56,566 nt of DNA. Origin: Perkinsus chesapeaki ATCC PRA-425. Lineage: Eukaryota > Protista > Perkinsozoa. Below, in pieces: positions 1 to 11,046 of the stretch. The notes under the pieces are model-generated. The model made no database searches. It saw only the letters and a list, made by a program, of their open reading frames with translations, and was not told the origin of the DNA. Both the position numbers and the translations under genes were made by a program. Within the stretch, counting starts at the first letter, position 1. Each line of letters begins with the position of its first letter. The stretch covers positions 1-56,566 of the forward strand of contig JAAPAO010000185.1 in assembly GCA_013115145.1 (NCBI GenBank), given 5' to 3'.

Positions 1-690
1 AACTACCCATATAAACTATTTCCGCGTTTGTTGACGTTCGACCCGTTTTCTGTATACGTTCGACCCCGCGGCCAACATAACGAGATTACTAACAAATGCG
101 TGGAACAGCGCAGTGTAATTACCGCGCGCCCGGAAAATAAAATAAATCACTAACCAGGAAAATTCCCTACGACGAACGAATTCTAGCGGGTTGGATGCAT
201 ACATAAGACGGGTCGAACGTGAAGAAGCGTAGAAGCGCAGCTGGCCATCGAATAGATACTGAGGGAGATAATCCCCGGGGACCTGTCCGACACTTGGGCA
301 GATTTACGGACTCCTCATCCTCGGGTCTCTCGGTAAAGGTCGCCGTACTAGCCTCACACTGTAAGATTGTAAGCTCCACGTTATTATCGCACGTTCAATT
401 TGGTTTGATTTATACAGAATTAGGTGTTAACTAATCTCGCGGTGACCGAAGTTCAGTTCCGGCGTGATGGCAATCAGCGTTTGTCTGCATCAAAAAGTCA
501 TCAAACAGATTGACGACTTCTTTATTCGTACGGCACCCCATCTCTAAGCTTCTCACCGGCGGTTTAAGCATCGTCTCAGAGATATGTGTTATAAAAAGCG
601 TATCCAAGCGAAAGTTGAGTTAGCTACTGATCGTACCGTACTGTAATCAACGCAATACATTAAGCGCGAGTTTGAATTCCGCGCGTGAAA

Positions 691-900
691 GTTTATAGTC
701 CAACGCCGAGATCGGCTTAGGTAGAATATCCATTTTATGTGCAACTGCTGCCGGGAGTTTAGTACCTATACTAATCTTGCTCGAACTGTCACCCTTTAGA
801 CCGGGAAACATCCGGCGACTACCGATTAGAATCAATACTTCCTCAACCACTGGCAGCACGAACCCTGTCAAGACCGTTCGCGTCTACAAGCGACACTTCG
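691..900 (+). repeat. Diverged dispersed duplicate of ~3366-3582
   Basis: GTTTATAGTCCAACGCCGA occurs at 691 and 3366 and is followed by colinear but diverged sequence (TATCCATT..ATGTGCA, GAGTTTA.TAC.TATACT). End points are approximate. Confidence 0.6.
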
Positions 901-916
901 ATAATCAAGAAGGATT

Positions 917-3268
917 ATGACGCGTACCAGATTTTTCACGTTGATGGATATCGAAGAGCGTATCGTCGAACATCTCGACCAACCCCCAACAAGCCCGGGG
1001 TGGGACTTGTCTGGCGAAGCCCTGAAGGCTGGTTTTGGAAGGCGAGCCAGCACTCTAAAGAAGGCAAATTCTCTCGAGGAACTGTTCAGTGGGAATCCTA
1101 CTATATGATGTATCGCATCACTGCCGTCAGGGGAATTCGACGAGGACGGCTCTGGTTGCCTCGACATTAAAGAGTTAGGTCACCTGCTGCGCTCCATGGG
1201 GTACACTGTCCCTCAACACGCGATTGAAAAGTAGGAGACAAGAAGCTTGGCGATGACGTGCTGGTATAGGTTTGTACTGCCAGTTGTGACCGACGGCAAA
1301 AATACCGAAATTCGAGTGGACCAGCTCTATGATGTCGTACGGCTAAACGCTGATCGCGAGGAGGGCGGCAAAACCCAGTAGGTGGAGCTGGTTAAGCAAC
1401 TTCTGAACAAGAACGACCGCTCACCGGATGACCCATTGGACATATCCATACACGAAGGCGAGACACACATACAGCAACTTTATCGAGTGCTTCGGGAGGC
1501 ATCGGTATCTTTAAGTAAGCACAGGGAACGGACAAGCTGCCAGAAGGAGCTCTAGCTATGATTGGCTGAGCTCATTCGAGCTGCCGAAAAATCGGCCGTA
1601 TAAGAAAATCTTGAATCAATATGCTATGAGGGTAGCCTATCACCGAAACTTCACTTCTCCATTCCAAATCACTGATTTCGGTTCAGTGGTAGTGCGCTAT
1701 TTGGCACCAATGTCCGTAATAGAATAGCGGTGGTAATTAATATATGGTGCTTAATAATAATTTGTTAGCATCACACTAGTAGTATACTTATAAGATGGAT
1801 TCAGGCGACAACGAAGTGCCTGTATGGGGCAGATCTATCGAGCAACTAATTGACGAACGAAGTTGTACTTGGAATCCTCGCACCTGCAGAGGGAGTGAGC
1901 GGGAGGCTCGCCGTTTACATTTGCAAAATCCGCACGACTCGAAGTGTAAGAAATCTAACGACATCGTGTATGGCTCAAAAACAATTAAAGATGCACTACG
2001 CTGCGCACTAGTAACTTTGCTGTAAGATAAACTTGAGAACTCCTAAGAAGTTACTCCTTTGTCCAGGCCAGGTTTTTCCGTACCGTACAATAAAAGGCGT
2101 ACATGAATCCTTGCAAGGAACAAAAGCAAACAATGTCATCACAGGAACTCGACACCCGTAAACAAGAGCGCCAGTCTCATGTGAAGTTCGCCTGTTCGCA
2201 AAGTTTCCATTTTGTTCGCACTGCGAACCTAAGCACGTAGAGAGAAGGGAGAGCGGATCGTGAGTGTCAATCTGTGAACATGTGTTCCAATACAACCATC
2301 GGCAATATCGTTTTCATCATATCAGAAAGTGCGTCTTCTAGTCCTGGTTTTCATTTTAGCGCGTAAATTGCCAGCGCCCAAGAAGCGAGACACCGCTGCC
2401 GAAATCAAAAAGCTGTGAGTAACTAACTTCGTTCTGCGCGAAGGTTCTTGCCACCTGCTGGCAGATATGCCCTTACTAAGGGCACTATAGAGTTTTTTGA
2501 GGAAGAAATTGCAATGGAAAGTGCGATGTCGAACTCGCTGAAACAAGACCTAAACCAGACGAACAGTGAGACGAACCGAATAAAAAGCCTGCTGGATCGT
2601 CGCCACTTGCTTTGGCGAGGTAAATTCAAGCGCGTTGCGAATAAAGGACAGCAAGTTATCAAAGGAGTCGCGCAGGAGAACGTAACAGCCAATGTTGAGC
2701 ATCTCACGGAACTGCCCTCTGCAGTTCGCTCTGGCATCGCAGCGTGCGGTTCTCGAAGCCCAAGTCAGTTCCTTGCAGAAAGAGCTCTTGGCAGCTAAGG
2801 CTGCGCAGGAAGCAGAGAACACTGCCTTTGAAGCAGAGAAGCGGGGTGGCGCACCAGATGAGAAATAACCATTTCCTTGGGTCTTTGATAGAACATCGAG
2901 AGCGTCTGGAGAACTGCAGGTCCCGGGAAGAAGCATGCCAGGCACGCGGGAAGCAGATAACCATGATAGGGAGAGATCTGGTCGGTTTGAGCTCCCAGGA
3001 TGACCGCTGCAGGAAGCATCTTATCGTTTTATAGGTGGGAAAGAAACGGCTTCGACTGCAGGAGTATGCAGAACTTCTTAGTGATAAACCTCGAAGCGCT
3101 CAGCTTGAGCGCATCCTCCATCGAGAAGAGTGTGAGCGCGAAGTAAGAAATAATAAAGCCATGAATGACGGTGCCGATTCCATTGGCTCCATCATATCCG
3201 TTAACGACCAGGCAGTCCTAGAGGAACATCAAATGTTCCCGGGAGAAATATCTTTTATTTTGTCCTAG
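917..3268 (+). pseudogene. Multi-exon EF-hand plus coiled-coil gene, probably decayed; boundaries uncertain and possibly two genes
   Basis: Phase-consistent GT-AG introns 1000-1041, 1089-1130 and 1231-1269 give LEELFREFDEDGSGCLDIKELGHLLRSMG (EF-hand loop). Spliced coiled-coil exons lie at ~2465-3150 (FALASQRAVLEAQVSSLQKELLAAKAAQE...). An in-frame TAG at 1378-1380 is followed by more open reading. Confidence 0.5.
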
Positions 3269-3365
3269 GAACAAATCCTCTAAGACATTTCCTGAAGTAA
3301 CTCCTAAGTATTAGGAACAATTATTGGGCCTCGAGAGCTGTGTTTCCTAAGCCGTGTGTGTGTGA

Positions 3366-3582
3366 GTTTATAGTCCAACGCCGAAATTGGCCTAGTTAGA
3401 CTATCCATTCCATGTGCAGCTTCAAAGCGAGAGTTTAATACTTATACTGTTATTGTCACTGTAGGGTTTACCAAAAACGAATGTAGCTAGTCTCAAGAGA
3501 TCCTACTCCTCCTAAGGCTCAACGACTCTCTGTTGACGGCTCGCCGACCCTGTCGATTTAATACGGATAAGCGTACTTGGCG
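3366..3582 (+). repeat. Second copy of the 691-900 segment
   Basis: Same 19-nt anchor and colinear diverged flank as 691-900. Confidence 0.6.
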
Positions 3583-6198
3583 CATTTCAGGTTCTGCTTA
3601 CGCTACTCAGCGATCTACACACCTTCCTGAGAAACGAAAGTGAAGTACTCGTGCCTAAGGGGCAAGCCTCGGTATGTTCGAGCCGTCGAAAGAATATAAT
3701 TCCAATTTCGTGTTGCTTCAAGAGCACGCATATTTTTTTTAGATCCTGGAAAATTGCACTCTAGTAGAACGGGATCTGAGCGATCTTCTGAGCAAGGAAG
3801 ACACGAGGAAAATTAGCCACTAAAGTCATGCCGCGAATTTGAGTTCTAGTGAGCAAGTCTCGAGTTGGAGCCCGGTTAGTTTTGGTTAGCTAACGGTTGC
3901 TGATACGTGTCATTTGGCATTCACGCTACCTAAAGAGCGTGCTCGGCAGGGAGACTGTGACTACTCAACGAGACCACTCTTTAGTCTGAAGTTCTACGAA
4001 GAGCCCGTCCCAGTATAGGAATAATAAACATATGAACCTCAACAGTGGCTGTATTCTCAGGCAGAGTTATATAAGAAGTTATTTTCTGTCCCTTGAAAAA
4101 ACTCACTCGGGTTTCCGAAACTAATCAACCAAGAACTACTTCTTGCCAACCCATGAACCATACCATCTCCGAAATGACATTTCACATGTACGTAATACGT
4201 ACATATGGCTCAGGGTGGTTGGCGGGTGGTGGTAAAAATTGATTCCGCCTAAAATATGCCCTAAAACCTCGAAGGAAGTTATAAAATTTATCCCCCGGGG
4301 AGTCCGGGCAGCTGTCACGGTAGGACGCGCGCTAAGCGCGCGAAGAGAAAATCACCCCATACCTGGGAATGGCAGCCGACGACGCAGAGTACACCTATAC
4401 CTGTACAAGTATTCCTACTATATGTATCCGTATTTATAAATCTGTATACCGCCTAGTGACCCACTAGTAGTGGAATGGGCCCCGTTCCACAGAGTAAGAT
4501 TCGCATTTAACTGTTCAACTTGCACACAATTCGTCGCTTTGAAGGCGATGTCTCATCGTTTGGGAGTCTCAGACGAACAAGTTGCCGTTCGTACGGTGAT
4601 ACCGTAACGGAGTTATATTGAGTCTCTGTTACAGATCTGAATTGTTAGTTCTAGTTCAGTCGCTGGTTGTGTCTCGCACTCGATTCGCGATGGATTAAAA
4701 TTAGTTTCATTCATTCATTGTGTGACCCTACCGTGAATACAATACGCATAAGCCGGCTGCTGTCCACGCTGTAGATTCCACATCGAGAGAAAATAATTTA
4801 AAAAGAATTGAGCATTTTGATGATCCTGGGCATCAAAAAATAGCTGACGAGCCAAACAGTATAGTCTCGTCAAAGTCGTTGAGTTATCTGACGGCTCTTC
4901 AGTGAGGGGCTCGACCCCAAAAACATCTCACCGCGTCTTACTCAAATCGTGAAAGGTAAACGCAGCGAGATGTTTTCAACGACTGTTTCCTGGCCTTGCT
5001 CTTCCTCAGAAGGGTTGCAGCCTGCAACCCTTCTGCAGGTGTCCCTGCAACTTGCAGGGATGTATCTGTACCCCTTATTCTTGACTGCTGTTGCTGGTGG
5101 TTCACTCATGGGGATGAACTCAAAGCAAAGGCTTCTATTCGATCTTCAGCTATGGGGGAGAATTAGCTACGTAATAATCGATTAACCGCGCAGGGTCGAG
5201 TGGAGGCGGTAACACTTTCCCCTCCACAGAAAGTGATTAATCATAGTGATGGTGTTGATAAAAAGTAAAGTAGTAATGAGTACTATAAATTTATCAACGA
5301 GTACTATAAACTTATGAATGATAATGGGGGCAGGTATAAGGAGGATGAGGCTCTTCCTATTGTTGGGAATCTCCAAGTCGACTTATAACGACTCAGAGGA
5401 GCCATGGGGCCCCCATGGTGGGAACCCTGTAGCCCGTGCATCATACGTGATGCATACCTCTCAGAGTCATATTCACTATTATAGTGCGCTTCTGATTCTC
5501 GTACTGGAGCCAGGCTTCGCCTGAGGCGGTTCGCCTCGCAACAAAGATGGCGCTGGTCGACTTCTTGCCACTGGTTCGCCACTGCGCACGCTTTGAACTT
5601 CTGCTGAAACCCACTGCTCGAAGTCTGGTGTAGTCGTTGAGAGATCAAATGGCTCATCTATGTCAGCGTTCATTTGATAATCAATCAACCGTAGTTGGTC
5701 TAGCTGAGGTTCCTAGGGCTACCCAACGCGAGAGGCATATGTCAAAATTGGGCGTAATCTCTTTGGAGTCAAAGGCCAAATGAGATTCAACTCCACTTAG
5801 CCACATGTTCATCATCACGTCTCATGTGACACGTGATATCACTGATAATCCTGCCATCTCTCTCGACCGTGTTCACAACACTCTTGAGTAAATCAGATAC
5901 TGACTGTCTAGTAACGCAACTCCCAAGTAGCATGGGAGATCAACAAAAAGTCCCTTATTCTGGTTTTTGGTTCAAATCCGATCCGAGAGTTCCCGCGGGA
6001 ACTGCATAGCTGTCAATCGAAGGCGCCCAAATGACAGCTAGTGATATGAAGGTATTCATATCACTAGCTAATGATAGGTATGGAGTAATGAAATACGGAG
6101 CCTCCGTCACGGAGGTACTATCAATGACAAATAGGACACAGCTCAACAGCTTTATGGAGTCATGATCAAAAGCATTCGTCTGACTTTATTTATCATAT

Positions 6199-8617
6199 TC
6201 ACTGAATGAATTGCTGAACTGCCTGAAGCATCTCAAGTGGCTTGTTCAGCATCGGAGTATGGCTTCCATCCGTAACCTGATTCATTATTGGAAGAGTAAC
6301 CTACAATCCGGGCTTGGACCGCACGCAGTAGGAATGCAAATAGACAGTTTTGAGAAATTGAAGAGGTTCGACCATTCGCCTACGACCATTGGAGAGCCAC
6401 TACTTCAAGACATACCTCAATGAAAGCCAATGACCCTCCTGTCGAATACGTGGCTTGTTTAATTGTCCCAAGTGTACCACCTTGATTAAACTGAGAAAAC
6501 TTCCAAAATCCAGACCATCATGTTATACTAAAATATATACCTTGAGTGGCTTGACCGGTGCTTTAGCTAATTCTGTACCATAGTCCACCTTTCCCTTTAG
6601 TCTGCTCATCCAATACAAAGCACCACGAGAGTTGCATACGAAGTCCTGGTCTCCATTGAAGACTACAACCTGATGGTAAATACTGGAACAAAGTGCTTGG
6701 AGGGTCTTCATAGTCACAGCTGTGCAGACTATGAAGACTATGCAGACTAAATTCAATCACAAGGTGCATGCTCAGTTGTTGCTCAACAGTAGTGAGCTTT
6801 GGGACATTCAGTCAGGGGCACACGCACTCGTGTGATGGTGCTCTGTCACTACCCAGAGCCAACGCCCCAACTAGTGTATGGCGAGCTATGGCTACCTAGT
6901 GCGCATTGGCTGGCTATCGCGTTTAACTGTTACCTTGAGGCCCTCATCCAATAGATCCGAAATGACATTAGTCGTATCAAAAGCACCGTATTTCATGAAG
7001 TCGTTGAATACCTATTCACACGCAACCTGCACTCGGTGTCGAATAGGATGTGATGTTAAATATTCCAGATGTCGAAGTTCGCACCTGGTTATCACTGCTG
7101 AACCATTGTTTGTCCACTCCTAGTGCAGTCTGAATACTTTCGTCGTTCATGTGAATCTCCGCCTAAAGTGGAGGATAATGAAAAGGAAAACATTGAACAA
7201 TCACATTTCCAGTAATAAGCTTGTAATTCTTTCCCTCTCCTCCCGGAGACACTCGTACATCGTACCTGACGTTGATCACCGTATTTCATGAACGCGGCCC
7301 CATTCGGAACTCACCGGCTAATATGGGCAGCGTCAAGCGGGTTCAACAAGGCATCTCCGCAGAATTTCATCGCTTTCTGGCAAGCGTCTGAAAGAGAACA
7401 GGTCCATAACTTAGCATATTGGTTCGTATCACCGCTGGGGTAGATCTTTACACAGACTTACGTGGATTAGGCTCCGAGCTGGCAGAAGGCTGACAAGCCT
7501 TCACTTTATCAGCACAAGTATATCCGTCGGTGACCATTTTGGCGATTCTACATGGAACAGCCTACGATTTCTTTTGCATTTCGTGTGTAAAACAACCCTT
7601 ACACTTTCTCTGGAAGGAGCTTCCTATCTTTTGCCATCTCGACTCCACCCCTATACCTGAATAGATTGGCAGTTGATGATAAGCTCATGAATATCACTTA
7701 ATATATGTCTGGTACATGTCTAGCCGCCCCATAGCTCCGTCAATGATCAGTAAAGACTTTAGTTTAATCCCAGATTGGGCCTTGAGAGATACAATCTTCT
7801 TAGCAAGAAGAGTTGCAATGGAACCTGAGGATATTAGACTTATATGATACATTTTATCGACGGCAAAGTGTCGACGATACGAAAGTTCACCAATGAGTGT
7901 CGCCCCGACACCATCATCAAGTCTGACCCCGTTTACCATCGAAAGATGCGCCAATCAAGTGCAAGTTGTCTTTGGCTTTTGGATCTTGCTTTATAATATC
8001 GAGCAGAGTATTGTACCTGTACACATAAGAGTGTGTCTGTCGATGATGTTTCATACAAGTTATCGATGTATTGTTTGATAGTGGTTTCTGTCGGCCCGAT
8101 ACTGAATCCAGTCTTCCCAGGCGCGTCAATATAAATACCATTCGCCGTTGAAGTCCAAGAGTACCTGATGGACGGGATCAGACTTAGGCTGTTTAAGAAG
8201 TCGAACACACTTGTTGAGGGAGAGGGTGAAGTCATCAACTTCGATAATGCAGGGGCCATTGACTGTCAGGGTTGCACCAAGTGCACTAACACCGGGCCCC
8301 CCCGGAAGGTAGACAAATGTCGGGGTACTCTGTGTAACCTTGTCGGCATTTATGTAAGCGTGGAAATACCTGATTGCCGATGAAACACTCGATGATCGTG
8401 ACTGATATCACTTGTTGGTGGCTGAGGTAACGGTGTAGCCAAACACTTGTTCACCGCCTGAATCTTCACATAGTGCTCCTCCTCCCCCAACGCCGCCAAT
8501 GACGCCTGACAAGAGTTCAGCAACATCAAATCTCATTAAAGCATGTCAATGGTTGGGTGCACCTGGGATGAAGAAGAATCCTTCCAATGCGAGCAAGATA
8601 TAGTAGCCAGATATCAT
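6199..8617 (-). CDS. Secreted serine carboxypeptidase, peptidase family S10 (~14-15 exons)
   Basis: Spliced model gives a signal peptide (MISGYYILLALEGFFFIPG), YLPGGPG, YSWTSTANGIYIDAPGKTGFS, nucleophile LHLIGASFDG (Ser 7944-7946), acid GDQDFVCN (~6645) and His in VTDGSHTP (~6260). The stop is at 6199-6201. Motif order matches S10. Confidence 0.9.
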
Positions 8618-8920
8618 AAGTTTTTGTGAATGGCCCTTAACCATTAGCACGCAAATACATGAGCTTGTTGCCTCGGGATATAGAAGTTCTATCTCTCCAC
8701 TGTTCTGTCACAGAACAGGTCCTGAGGATCTCAGTGGAATCTTCGCCATCTCAATGGAATAATGAAGAGAATGATCTATTGGCCGCACCCGAGTGATTTA
8801 TGTGCAGAAGAAGCCATTACCTTCCCTGAGGGTCACCAGAGGTTGCTATCGTCTTGGACCACACATGACAACCTCCTATGTCACGAAGGTGATGGTGTCA
8901 CCGTACCTTTCTGGCAATAG

Positions 8921-8995
8921 CAGAGCTGGCCATCGTCTACCGATAGTATCAATCGACGTATCGATCACGAGTCGTGATTCACGACTCCGCCCGCA
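8921..8995 (+). mobile_element. Relic matching the 3' end of the LTR at 49158-49741
   Basis: CCATCGTCTACCGATAGTATCAATCGACGT...TCACGACTCCGCCC is near-identical to 49690-49738. Confidence 0.7.
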
Positions 8996-10533
8996 ACCTT
9001 TCAATCGCATACCTGATTGTTTCTCCTTTCCTCGTCGCCATGCCGAGCCCGGTAAATCGAACCTATCCAGGGAACTTCCCCAGCTTATCCGTTTGTCGCT
9101 CACCGTCGTTGATAGAATCGCTGACACTCACCGTGAGTGATTCACGGATGGCATGCGTCGGCTTGCGGGTCTCTAGTGTATACTCGCCATTCTACCACTC
9201 CGCTGTTTCTTGGTGGCATCTGGCCTATTATAATTTGATGATCAGTTTCTCTGGTCTACTTGTAGTGTTGTCCTTTACCAATTGGAGAGTTACCACTCTC
9301 GACATGCTCGTCGCTTATCTACTATCGTATAGGCGAATCGCCTATCGCCTAAGGCGATAGGCCAGAGAAGATGAAGCAATGTGTGAGCTACTAATACAGT
9401 CCCATTTCTGGCAGACATTTCCTGCATAACGATGTCCCTCATTCGTATAGCATGTATGTAGTGGCACTACAGTAGTGCTGTAGTGAGGCCTGAAATAGAT
9501 AGGCTGAGTGGTGGTTAGAGCCCTACCTTCATTTTATTAGTCTTCTCTTCAAAGCTCAACAGCCATGCGTTCAGTTAGAGGCGACGAAGCAACGACACAA
9601 ACATGCGTTAAGTTCTCCTTTTGTTTGGATTCCAAACTTTGGAAACAAGGTGAGTGAATCCGATTCACGGAATCACTCGGAGTGGTATAATGAGTCATTA
9701 ACAAACGATACTATGAGTTTGTCTCACCACCACAACGATTTATTCAGAGGCACAGTGAACCCATGGGTATTATCTTAATTCATTTTGGATTATATGTGAG
9801 GAATAAACTAATCACTGAAGATTGGAATTAACAGAAGGCCAACCAAGAAACAGCTCTTCGGTTTACCTCAGCAAAATGAATAAACATCGTTGGACTCTAA
9901 CCAAGCAGATTAGAGTCTAATCATTAGACCCCCATCCATGTTGATCAGTGGTTAGATATAACTTATCTGGTATCAAGTTAATACCAGATAAGTTATACCT
10001 TACGTTGATACTATCAACATTGATATATTGACAATATCCCATTCCGGGGCTAATCTATCTCCTCTTATGATTAGTTATCAGTCTAACCTCGCAGAAGATT
10101 AATAACACCCACCACGGGTGGGCCACCACGTTTGCTGAACATATCGAGGACGGGCAGATCGAGTGTGGATCACACTGTGTGATGTACACTAACGGAAACG
10201 CAAGAGCCCTTCCGTAAAAAACGTTTCGTCTGTGAGTGCGTAAAGGTACCATCAAAGGCCTTTATTGTAGAGATGGGCGTCTTTGATTATGATAACGATT
10301 ACGGTATGACTTACGATCTCGTAACTTTTTGCGGTGCGGCTTATTACGGCTCATGGCTTACGGTTTCTACTGGCTCGGATGTCTTGTTTGAAGCGTGTCC
10401 AGCATGAACTTGCAAGCACCCACTGAGTCCGCGAGCGGTCTAATCGCGCAAGATTACACCGCAACGGTAGCTATCGTAATTTCGTATGATTCACGGGTTC
10501 GTAACCCCGTTACGGTTACGGTAACTGTATTTG

Positions 10534-10623
10534 CCGTAACCGTAACCGTAACCGTAACCGCAACCGTAACCGTAACCGTATTCGTATTCGTAATCGTAAT
10601 CGTAATCGTAATCGTAATCGTAA
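10534..10623 (+). repeat. Hexamer microsatellite: (CCGTAA)n grading to (TTCGTA)2 and then (TCGTAA)n
   Basis: About 15 hexamer units read directly. Inverted TTACGG units occur at 10510-10521. Confidence 0.95.
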
Positions 10624-11046
10624 ATTTGCCCATGTATACTTCATTGTACCTTTCTGAACACTTTCTGATCCGCGAGGAACACATTTCTGCGTACCTAGAT
10701 GCCTCTCGGATCTGCGCTTGAGCTAGCGAGTGTTCGGAGTACAAATTTCGGAAGGCTTCGACATGATATCACTGATCCCTCGACTAGGGGAGCCAGAACG
10801 CAGTTTCAACTAGAGGAGCCAGAAAGGCAGTTTCGCGCTGTTGCGGGCCTAAGTGATTCCTCGTGAAAGAACGCTTCTCCTTCTGAAGGAGAAGCACGTG
10901 ACGTGCTTCTCGTAACACTCCACGATGTCTCTGCTTTCGTGACCGAGATACTGTCTCCAGCTGATTTCATCGCACGCGCAGTGAACAAAAACACGCACAT
11001 GGCAGCTACTCAAGTTGGTACAGTTTTCGGCACCTTCCGTATATGA

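Noticed and set aside
4455-4480. CACTAGT motifs as CACTA or Helitron termini (also ~1775, ~15488, ~17003)
   Set aside because: No paired TIRs, TSDs or transposase were found, and a 7-mer recurs by chance at about this rate.
10395-10744. VTVTV / ITITI ORFs
   Set aside because: They are translations of a stop-free microsatellite.
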